NCBI GenBank assembly: GCA_965263325.1
Contig: CBDHGY010000002.1
Span: forward strand, 2,495,606-2,519,605
DNA: 24,000 nucleotides
Direction: 5' to 3'
From: Hyphomonadaceae bacterium
GTDB lineage: Bacteria; Pseudomonadota; Alphaproteobacteria; Caulobacterales; Hyphomonadaceae
Shown: positions 8,157 through 15,464 of the stretch, piece after piece
How the letters are laid out: every line of letters begins with the position of its first letter
Numbering within the stretch: the first letter of the stretch is position 1
Made by a program: the position numbers and the translations under genes
The notes under the pieces: generated by a model
What the model was told of the DNA's origin: nothing
The model's input: only the letters and a program-made list of their open reading frames with translations
Database searches by the model: none

Positions 8157-8291
8157 GTCCGTCCCCTTGTGTGTCGAGCGCACGATAACAGAGCGGGAAG
8201 GCGAGGCAAGTCTCCCGGCAGGGTCGTCTGGCACCCACCCTCACCACCTTCAGGGCTTGTCGCAACGCGAACCCTCGCTTAAGTCGCAAGG

Positions 8292-9719
8292 GTGGACGGA
8301 GTCGAGCAGCCAGCCCCGGCGGCCAATGGGGATACGGGCGCAAGTCGCTGGTATCATTCCCTTTCATTTCGCCTTTTTGCGCTGACCCTTGGTGCGATAT
8401 TGCTCGTTGAATTGCTGATCTTTTTGCCATCGGCTTCCAATGAACGCAGCGCCTGGATCGAAACGCGTGTTGAAGCCGCGCGCACAGCCGCGCTTGCCTT
8501 GGATGCCGGGCCCTCCCGGATGATTTCGGCGGAGTTGTCTGACAAATTACTCGCAAGCGCAGAAGTGCTCGGTGTTGCTGAAATAGATGACGGCATGCGG
8601 ATCCAGTTGCTCCCGGCTCGAAACTGGCAAGGCGGTGAGATCATTCCGATTGACCTCACACGCAGCACGATGATGGGCTCAATGAGCGCGGCGGTTGGAA
8701 CACTATTTGCGCCCAGTAACCGCGTTCTCCTGGTGCGCGCGAAAGGATCTGCCGAAGGGCGAACCATCGAAGTGTTGATGGCAGAAGAACCCCTTCAAGC
8801 GGAGTTATGGGGGTTTGCCTGGCGGATCCTTTTCTTGTCGCTGCTCATTTCCTTCGTCGTGGCGCTGTTCTTGTACGGCTTACTATACGGGCTGGTGGTG
8901 CAACCGATGCTACGCGTGACGGATGCGGTTGAGCAGTTTCGCGACGATCCCGGTAGCTGGACGCGCACGCTTCCGCCAACCGACCGGCGAGATGAAATTG
9001 GCCGCGCACAAAACGCACTCGCTGATATGGAGGAAGCTGTGTCTGAGAGCTTCCGCCAGCGCCGCCGACTGGCCGAGCTGGGTGAGGCGGTCGCTAAGAT
9101 CACCCATGATCTGCGCAACTCGCTAAGCGCCGCGCAGCTTGTGTCTGATAGTCTTGCAAAATCAAAAGACCCGCGCGTGCAGACAGCGGCCCCCCGGCTC
9201 GAGCGCGCATTGAGGCGCGCCATCAAGCTTGCCACCCATACGCTGGAATATGGCAAGTCAGATACGCCCGAGACTCAGATCACCGAGTTTAGCCTGTTTG
9301 ATTGTATCGAAGAGGCCGCGCTTGAGGGCATCAATGGCAGCGGCGCGGATGTGGATTGGGTAAACGATATTCCGCCAGCAACGCGGGTCACCGGTGATCC
9401 TGAACATCTTCACCGGATTGCCAGCAATCTCATCCGTAATGCGGCGCAGGCGATTGAAGGCGAGGGCGAAATCAGCGCCATATGGGAAGAGGGCGCGCTG
9501 CTGATTGCAGACAGCGGGCCGGGCCTGCCGGAGCGCGCGCGGGAAAACCTCTTTAAGCCATTTGCCGGCAGCTCGAAGCGCGATGGCACGGGCCTCGGCC
9601 TTGCGATTGCGCGTGATCTTGCACGCGCCATGGGCGGCGATCTGGAATTGGAATCCAGCGACGAAACCGGAACCGTGTTCCGGATCAGTTTTCGCTCAGA
9701 CGAGAGTGGTGGCAATTGA
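8292..9719 (+). CDS. Membrane sensor histidine kinase (two TM segments, HAMP-like linker, HisKA, HATPase_c); no adjacent response regulator
   Basis: 475-aa ORF. The H-box is AKITHDLRNSLSAAQL. The N-box is IASNLIRNAAQA. G1 is LIADSGPGLP and G2 is GTGLGLAIARDLARAMGG. TM segments are FRLFALTLGAILLVELLIFLP and FAWRILFLSLLISFVVALFLYGLLYGLVV. The start is an uncertain GTG, because there is no in-frame ATG near the N-terminus. Confidence 0.85.
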   Translation: MDGVEQPAPAANGDTGASRWYHSLSFRLFALTLGAILLVELLIFLPSASNERSAWIETRVEAARTAALALDAGPSRMISAELSDKLLASAEVLGVAEIDDGMRIQLLPARNWQGGEIIPIDLTRSTMMGSMSAAVGTLFAPSNRVLLVRAKGSAEGRTIEVLMAEEPLQAELWGFAWRILFLSLLISFVVALFLYGLLYGLVVQPMLRVTDAVEQFRDDPGSWTRTLPPTDRRDEIGRAQNALADMEEAVSESFRQRRRLAELGEAVAKITHDLRNSLSAAQLVSDSLAKSKDPRVQTAAPRLERALRRAIKLATHTLEYGKSDTPETQITEFSLFDCIEEAALEGINGSGADVDWVNDIPPATRVTGDPEHLHRIASNLIRNAAQAIEGEGEISAIWEEGALLIADSGPGLPERARENLFKPFAGSSKRDGTGLGLAIARDLARAMGGDLELESSDETGTVFRISFRSDESGGN

Positions 9720-9805
9720 CGGGCATAAGACCGGAACTTGCTCGTTTAAGACATGTTAAGCAGGCAGTTGAGCGGCATATTCGGCAAGAAGCCGGTCAAA
9801 TTAAT

Positions 9806-10483
9806 TCAGGAGCCAGTGCTTTCGTTATCTGTCGACTCTGAGGGAGTATCTTCTAATGCAGGTAATTCCCTGCCAGTGCTCGTCAGAAATTCTTCAAGCT
9901 CTTCCTTGGTTTCTAAATACGTTTTTTCTGGGATCGGCTGATCTTCAGGAATTAAAACGAGGATGAGTGGATTCGGACGAACATCTAACATCGCTCCGGA
10001 GGCGAGATCGACGCCGAGCATGATGACACCGAACCCTGTCGCAGCTTGAGTTGAGGCTGCAGCAGCTCCGCTGCTGAGTGATGACCCAGTAAGCAATGCA
10101 GGTAACAAAGTTGCGCCCGTATATAAGGTGTAGACGGACACATAAGCCGAAGCAGCAACAGCCACCGTTCCCGTAGCGCTTACCGCTGATCCGGATTTTC
10201 CAAAGCCGCTTGTGATTTCGACCGTCGCAGGATGATAGCCCTCTTTTGTTACTGTGGTTACGAACTCAGATCTTCTGGACACATGGATATAGCAAGGCGT
10301 CGGTTCACATTCGTGATATTCCGGTTCACCGTCATCAGAGCCGCGCTTCAGATCAGTGGTTACAACCGCGCCTTCTGGATCGGTAACAATATGGAATTTC
10401 ACATTGGGGCCGCGCGTAACCGTTGCGCATGCGGTGGTCAGGATGCAGGCCAGCGCTGTTGCGAATAGTGTTTTTTTGGTCAT
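9806..10483 (-). CDS. PEGA-domain lipoprotein with a Gly/Ala/Ser-rich hydrophobic region and an acidic C-terminal tail
   Basis: The ORF track gives 9806..10513. I prefer the ATG at 10481-10483 (MTKKTLFATALACILTTAC, lipobox LTTAC) preceded by GAGAGGGA. A literal PEGA motif (VKFHIVTDPEGAVVTTD) follows the signal. No closer family assignment is possible by eye. Confidence 0.7.
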   Translation of the reverse strand: MTKKTLFATALACILTTACATVTRGPNVKFHIVTDPEGAVVTTDLKRGSDDGEPEYHECEPTPCYIHVSRRSEFVTTVTKEGYHPATVEITSGFGKSGSAVSATGTVAVAASAYVSVYTLYTGATLLPALLTGSSLSSGAAAASTQAATGFGVIMLGVDLASGAMLDVRPNPLILVLIPEDQPIPEKTYLETKEELEEFLTSTGRELPALEDTPSESTDNESTGS

Positions 10484-10676
10484 GCGAAATCCCTCTCTCT
10501 TTCCTCGGACCATCCTTTATAGGGATCATTAGAACTCAAATGAAGTCACGTTCACAATCATAACAAGGCGTTACGTGTCATTTCGAGTTTGATGACATCA
10601 TTGATTGATCTCAGTCAACCGGCTCCTTGCAGATACCTATACGTATGAAGTGATCGGAAATAATTCCTATTTTCTA

Positions 10677-10705
10677 TTGACATTGGTTGCTGTATTTCAT
10701 ATCTA
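10677..10705 (+). promoter_or_regulatory. Sigma-70-like promoter candidate (TTGACA-17 nt-TATCTA) in the AT-rich spacer
   Basis: TTGACA at 10677-10682, a 17-nt spacer, then TATCTA at 10700-10705. This would place the transcription start almost on the GTG at 10712. The downstream ORF would then be leaderless or start further in. Confidence 0.3.
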
Positions 10706-10711
10706 AAGAGC

Positions 10712-11149
10712 GTGAGAACAAAAAGCGAACATATTTCTCCAGCGCAGACGTTGTTTCTGCAATGGTATGCGCTGTGGGAAAGGGCGTTTGCGTTCGCGCG
10801 CACGGTGTCGCTTGCGCAATACCGCGATGCGCGTGGGGCTGCCGAAAAGGCTGAGATGCTAGAGGTGTGGTCGCGCTTCGCCTTGCTTTCTTTGCTCAGC
10901 CAGATTGCTGCGCTTGAAACAAACGGTTCGCCAAACACCAAAGACGATGCGCGTTATCTTGCGCATTTGCGCGCCATTGTCGGCGCGCTTGCTTTGCTGT
11001 GTTTACTCTCTGCAAAAATAAAGCGCGAAAGCGCGGGGCGGGTTAACGTATTTGCGTCGTCAGATTCCGTGAAACGCTGCAGGCGCATTCGAGCCCTCGG
11101 GGCTGACCTTCAGCCGATACAATCACCCTGGTTTCTCGACAGCGGCTAG
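10712..11149 (+). CDS. Hypothetical protein (orphan ORF, GTG start)
   Basis: 145-aa ORF with codon usage similar to its neighbours (many GCG, CGC and CTT codons). I recognise no motif. A competing 108-aa antisense ORF (10615..10941) looks less gene-like. Confidence 0.35.
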   Translation: MRTKSEHISPAQTLFLQWYALWERAFAFARTVSLAQYRDARGAAEKAEMLEVWSRFALLSLLSQIAALETNGSPNTKDDARYLAHLRAIVGALALLCLLSAKIKRESAGRVNVFASSDSVKRCRRIRALGADLQPIQSPWFLDSG

Positions 11150-11289
11150 ATCGTTGTCATCTCGGCCGATCCCGACGGGCAGAGAGCCGGGATCCAGACA
11201 TTTGTTTCCCACGAGATATTCCGGGATGACATGAACACCCAAATGCTTCGTCAGTTGCTCTGGCGAAGGTACGCCCGCATGCGCGCCGC

Positions 11290-12393
11290 TCAGCTCATCC
11301 AGCGCAGCGTCTTCGGCTGGATCGGATTTTCAAACGGTCTCTCTTCCGTTTGCGCACTTGCCCATTCGCGTTTCAGCTGCTGGTACCATTTGGCCTGTAT
11401 GTCGATGTCATCAATCCACATCATCGCTTTCTGATGGGCCATGCCGGTGTTTTGCAGATCAACCATATCTCCGTCCTGGCGAAGGAACTTTTTCGCCATG
11501 GGGATCGCGAACGGAATGGCGAGATTCAGAAGCGGCGCGCCGGTCCACCAGGTCAGCTGCGTGATGCGCGTGCGCTTCGGCCCTTCGGGTGTGAGGCAGG
11601 TAAGGGTGAGCAGGCGGGCTTTATCATTCGAAATGATTTCCCACCGAAAGCCCGGAAGCTGGAACTGGATTTCCGTCTCAACATTGCCGCCGAACACCCA
11701 TTTATAGAGCTTCGAGTTGGAACTTGGCCGGTGGCGCGCAATCGCCCAACCACGCTCGCGCGGCTCGAAAGGTTTCTCTTTCAGTTTGAGGCCGACAGAG
11801 GGCGGGCGCCACCACCACTGATTATGCACGAAGGGCACATGCGCCGGGTCCATAAGGCCGACAACCGCATCATCCATATGCGCGTTGAACACGTCCTCGA
11901 TGATGAATTTCGGCTTATCCGGCAGCGGGCCAAATTCAGGCGGCGGGACAATCGGATCGGTCGGTCGCCGAAGATTGTGCGAGACATGAACATAGACCGC
12001 GCCATTGGCTTCATGGATGGGATAGTGCGCGACCTTTACTTTCGATGGGTCATAGCTGTCGTGTTCGGTGAGGCTCGGCATCAGCTTGCAAACACCGTCG
12101 CCTGTACCAAAGCGCCAGCCATGGTACGGGCATTGAAGGGTCCACTCGCCGCCTGTTTCGAGCTGCTTTCCTGCGCTGAGTGGTACGAGGCGGTGCGGGC
12201 AGATATCGCGCATGGCAAAGGGTTTGCCGTCTGGTGTGCGCCCAACAACCACTGGCTCGCCGAGGATCATTCGGCGATCCTGTTTGCCGGGTTTCAGATC
12301 GCGAGAGGCCGCTGCAAAGTACCAGCAATCGGTCAGGAAGCCGTCATCGGTGATCCCGGTTTTCGGGGCAGGGGGCGATTGCGTATCTGGCAT
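11290..12393 (-). CDS. Rieske [2Fe-2S] non-heme-iron oxygenase, alpha-subunit-like (PAO/Tic55/KshA-like)
   Basis: 367-aa ORF. The Rieske motif is CPHRLVPLSAG...(17 aa)...CPYHGWRF. The mononuclear iron motif N-x2-D-x..DPAHVPFVH (D-x2-H-x4-H) sits in FNAHMDDAVVGLMDPAHVPFVH. Confidence 0.9.
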   Translation of the reverse strand: MPDTQSPPAPKTGITDDGFLTDCWYFAAASRDLKPGKQDRRMILGEPVVVGRTPDGKPFAMRDICPHRLVPLSAGKQLETGGEWTLQCPYHGWRFGTGDGVCKLMPSLTEHDSYDPSKVKVAHYPIHEANGAVYVHVSHNLRRPTDPIVPPPEFGPLPDKPKFIIEDVFNAHMDDAVVGLMDPAHVPFVHNQWWWRPPSVGLKLKEKPFEPRERGWAIARHRPSSNSKLYKWVFGGNVETEIQFQLPGFRWEIISNDKARLLTLTCLTPEGPKRTRITQLTWWTGAPLLNLAIPFAIPMAKKFLRQDGDMVDLQNTGMAHQKAMMWIDDIDIQAKWYQQLKREWASAQTEERPFENPIQPKTLRWMS

Positions 12394-12480
12394 GGATTGC
12401 CTGTGTAGCGCGAATGCGAGCGAACGGGAAGCGCGGCGCAGTTTCGGCCAGCGCGCCTATCCGACTTCGCACTAGGCCCC

Positions 12481-14481
12481 TTAAGGTTCCTGCGTATTGA
12501 ACCAAAACTCCGGCTGATCTAGCGCCCCAAAGAATGCGCCCAGTGCCGTCACATCGCCTTCGAGCTTGAGGTCCCCCGCCGCAATGAGAGCCGGCGGCGC
12601 AACCTCCTGTAATACCAACCGGTCCAGATTAGCGCGATCAAGTGTTGCAACCGCAACCGCCCCATCCTCCTCGGTGAGACGCGGCATCAAGATAGACGGT
12701 CCTACATGTAGCGTAATTGTTTCACCGGTATCGGGAAAATTGAACTGAATGACGAACGGGTCGCGCGTGAGCTTATCCGGGTTAAACCGCGTCGCGAACG
12801 CATCGAAAAGCGACAGCGTCGGCACGGCCTTCAAGAAGTCTGCATTGCCGAGACGCGGCTCGCCAGTATTTGGAACACCATTGCGGAGTTCAGACGCGCC
12901 GCCAAGATAGTAGCTCCGCCATGCGCCGCTTTCTGCCTGGAACCCAAGCTGCTCATAGCTTGCTGCGAGCCATTGCCGGGCTTCCGCATCGCTTGGATCA
13001 GCGAACACGGCGTGATTGAACAATTCTGCGGACCAGCGATAGTCGCCCTCGTTAAACGCAGCTTCGCCCTTGGCGAGAACAGCATCACGCCCGCCCATCG
13101 CCTCAACATACCGACCAGCAGTCTCTTCGGCAGGGCGTTTATTGTAGTCTGCCAAGACACCTCCCCACCATCCGAAATAATGTTGATAGACAGCTTTTGA
13201 ATTGTGGTTGAGCGTGCCGTAATAACCGCGCGTATCAAACCGGTCCTTTTGAATTTTTGGCTCTGAGATATCCTCGGCGGCTTCCGTCATTGTTAATCCA
13301 GAATTTGCGCGCCGCAGAGTTTGGTCATGGACATAGCGATAAACATCGCGTTGTCCGCGCAGAAATTTTTTGACTTTTTCAGGGCCCCAAGTTGGCCAAT
13401 GGTGAGATGCGAACACATAGTCAGCCTCATCACCATAATTTGCCAGGACATAGTCTATCGCCTGGCTCCATTTGAGCGCATCACGAACTTTAGCACCTCT
13501 GGGTGTCAGCACATTGTGGAAAGTAGCTGTTGCGACTTCGGCGGTACACAACGCGCGCTTTTCTGGAAGATAGAACATGAACTCAGCAGGTGCTTCGGTG
13601 CCCGCCGCATCTATGAATTCGAACGTAACGCCATCAATGACACGGCGTGTGCCGCGCCCCTCGATTTCTTCCGTTGGCAAGATCAAGCTGATCGTTCCGT
13701 TCGGCAGGCCTGGTCCTAGACCCGATCCAACATGCGCGGTTGTGCTTCGTTGAAGTACGTTTCCAAACATCAGCGCAGCCCGGCGCGACATGTGGTTCCC
13801 CGCGAGTAAGTTTTCAGCGACAGCGCTTTCCGAAAATCCAATCGGTGCCAGTACAGGAACGCCGCTCGCAACGTCTTCATCAGAAATGACGCCGCGCGCA
13901 CCGCCAAAGTGGTCCGCATGAGAATGCGTATACAGAACACCGGTCACCGGACGCTCACCAAGTGTGTCATTCACCAGTTTTAAGCTGGCGGCGGCAGTCT
14001 CAACGCTGGTGAGAGGGTCGACAATAATCCAGCCGGTGTCGCCTTCAATGACACTCATCACCGAGAGATCGTAGCCGCGTACCTGGTAAACTCCGTCGCC
14101 GACTTTAAACAAGCCATGCTGGCCAGCGAGTTGGCTCTGGCGCCAAAGCGAGGGATTAACACTGGTCGGTGCCTTGTCATCCAGAAAATCGAACTGAGGA
14201 ACTGACCAGACAATGTCTCCGCTCGCATTAAGGATCGCTGGGGATTCGATTGAAGCGAGGTATCCGCGCGCTGCGTCGTCAAAGTCCTCGCGATTATTTA
14301 TTGGCAATCTCTCCGCAACTTTCGCGTTCGCCATGGCCGTATATTCCGTAGCCTGACCTGCTGCCGGCGGATCACTCACAAACGCTTTCGCATCTCCCGT
14401 ATCCACCCCCGTATTTGTTCCACCGCAAGCCGCAAGCAGAAGTGGTAACATGAGTATCAAAGCGGTTCTTTGCGAATACAT
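12481..14481 (-). CDS. Alkyl/aryl-sulfatase, MBL-fold (SdsA1/BDS1 family), lipoprotein signal
   Basis: 666-aa ORF with lipobox MLPLLLAACGG. The metallo-beta-lactamase motif is LYTHSHADHFGG. The central dimerisation region is typical of alkyl sulfatases (YYGTLNHNSKAVYQHYFGWWGG). The SCP2-like C-terminal tail reads GDLKLEGDVTALGAFFGALD. A GGGAGG RBS lies upstream. Confidence 0.9.
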   Translation of the reverse strand: MYSQRTALILMLPLLLAACGGTNTGVDTGDAKAFVSDPPAAGQATEYTAMANAKVAERLPINNREDFDDAARGYLASIESPAILNASGDIVWSVPQFDFLDDKAPTSVNPSLWRQSQLAGQHGLFKVGDGVYQVRGYDLSVMSVIEGDTGWIIVDPLTSVETAAASLKLVNDTLGERPVTGVLYTHSHADHFGGARGVISDEDVASGVPVLAPIGFSESAVAENLLAGNHMSRRAALMFGNVLQRSTTAHVGSGLGPGLPNGTISLILPTEEIEGRGTRRVIDGVTFEFIDAAGTEAPAEFMFYLPEKRALCTAEVATATFHNVLTPRGAKVRDALKWSQAIDYVLANYGDEADYVFASHHWPTWGPEKVKKFLRGQRDVYRYVHDQTLRRANSGLTMTEAAEDISEPKIQKDRFDTRGYYGTLNHNSKAVYQHYFGWWGGVLADYNKRPAEETAGRYVEAMGGRDAVLAKGEAAFNEGDYRWSAELFNHAVFADPSDAEARQWLAASYEQLGFQAESGAWRSYYLGGASELRNGVPNTGEPRLGNADFLKAVPTLSLFDAFATRFNPDKLTRDPFVIQFNFPDTGETITLHVGPSILMPRLTEEDGAVAVATLDRANLDRLVLQEVAPPALIAAGDLKLEGDVTALGAFFGALDQPEFWFNTQEP

Positions 14482-14612
14482 TATTGCCTCCCGTAACCAA
14501 CGCCTCGAACGCGTTGTCTTTTCTTGTCACTATATTGGGGGCAGACGCGATGTACAGTTCCGGGCGCTGATCGCCAGTGACCGGAAGCCCGTAACCGAGC
14601 CCTGAGGGAGAC

Positions 14613-15389
14613 TTAGGGATTTTCCGGTGTTGACGCGCAAAGCTGTTCTGCAAGATCACCCATCAGGATCGTTTCAGTAGGCCGCCGATCCGGATCATCC
14701 ATTTCGTCCACCGCTCTTTTGTTTGCCGCATGCAGCGCATCCAGCACAGCAAATGGCGCAGCGTCCGCATCATGCTCAACGACCAGAGTGAGCCGCATCT
14801 TCAGATCTGCAACGAGCTGAGTTTCGTGCGCGATATAGCCTTGGACATAGGGCAGCTGCTCGGTGAGTGATTCAGTCGCGTATCGGCGAAATGTTCGCGG
14901 GCCCGCACCTGAGGCTTCCATACAGAATACATGAGTGACCGGTTCTGGTGGGAGTTCCTCTGGAGCGGCGAACAGATTGGATAACTGACGGGACAGCTCT
15001 TGATCGCCTACCTCCAGAGCTGCGGTTTGTGTGGCCTTCAGCGCTTCAGCTTGCGCCGCACCGAGCGCGGTCTGCGCCTCTGTTTTGTTAAGCAGCGCCT
15101 GATTCAAACTGTTCGCAGCAGCCCGCAGGCGATTTGCCAATTCCTCGGTTCTGACAGCGTTTGAGCGGCGGACATTAGCAGTCTTTCGTCCGCCTTGCCC
15201 GGCGACCAGCCGTGCGCGCGAGAGCTCTTCCAGCTGATCTGCCAGTTCTACGAGTGCATCGGGGGTCATTTGGTCTGGAAAATCCGTGTCAGCCACAGGA
15301 ATTTCCGCACTCAAAGGGGCAATTTCGTCCTCACCGATGGCGGTTATTGGCGCGGCGAACGCAAATAATGTCACGAGAAGTGTGCGCAT
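14613..15389 (-). CDS. Secreted hypothetical protein with an Ala/Gln-rich coiled-coil-like centre
   Basis: 258-aa ORF with signal peptide MRTLLVTLFAFAAPITAIG. The middle is helical and low-complexity (LANRLRAAANSLNQALLNKTEAQTALGAAQAEALKATQTAALE). I recognise no family. Confidence 0.65.
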   Translation of the reverse strand: MRTLLVTLFAFAAPITAIGEDEIAPLSAEIPVADTDFPDQMTPDALVELADQLEELSRARLVAGQGGRKTANVRRSNAVRTEELANRLRAAANSLNQALLNKTEAQTALGAAQAEALKATQTAALEVGDQELSRQLSNLFAAPEELPPEPVTHVFCMEASGAGPRTFRRYATESLTEQLPYVQGYIAHETQLVADLKMRLTLVVEHDADAAPFAVLDALHAANKRAVDEMDDPDRRPTETILMGDLAEQLCASTPENP

Positions 15390-15409
15390 TGTCTCGAATG
15401 CTCCTACAT

Positions 15410-15438
15410 TTGACGCAGCAAGCGGGCCTTTTTATAGC
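15410..15438 (+). promoter_or_regulatory. Sigma-70-like promoter candidate upstream of lepA (TTGACG-17 nt-TATAGC)
   Basis: TTGACG at 15410-15415, a 17-nt spacer, then TATAGC at 15433-15438, about 27 nt before the lepA ATG. Pattern match only. Confidence 0.3.
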
Positions 15439-15464
15439 CGCCAGCCACTGATACAGGCAATTAC

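Noticed and set aside
8157-8234. The 26-aa N-terminal extension of the TIR ORF (MPDDPAGRLASPSRSVIVRSTHKGTD) given by the ORF track
   Set aside because: The internal ATG at 8156 has a good AAGGGGA Shine-Dalgarno at the correct spacing. The TIR betaA strand starts only about 15 aa after it. The extension is Pro/Ser/Arg-rich and probably untranslated.
8235-8295. Short inverted repeat CCACCCT...AGGGTGG and a GTCGCAA direct repeat at the right edge of the GC-rich block, considered as att or TIR-like insertion scars
   Set aside because: There is no matching repeat at the left boundary (about 4985..5005). At 7 bp the repeats are within chance expectation.
9731-9795. A long imperfect inverted repeat (CCGGAACTTGC...GCAAGAAGCCGG, containing TTAAGACATGTTAA) between the convergent kinase and lipoprotein genes, considered as a bidirectional terminator
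   Set aside because: The arms are short and mismatched, the loop is over 40 nt, and no U-tract follows on either strand.
11150-11289. A GATCCCG...CGGGATC 7-bp inverted repeat (about 11178..11205) after the orphan ORF, considered as a terminator, and the 67-aa ORF at 11231..11434
   Set aside because: The hairpin has a 13-nt loop and no following T-tract. The small ORF overlaps the 3' end of the Rieske gene and has no supporting features.
11350-12408. A 352-aa ORF on the plus strand, fully antisense to the Rieske oxygenase gene
   Set aside because: It is strikingly long for an antisense frame. However, the peptide is Arg-rich with no recognisable motif, while the minus-strand frame has textbook Rieske (CPH...CPYHGW) and D-x2-H-x4-H iron motifs. 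I treat it as a shadow ORF.
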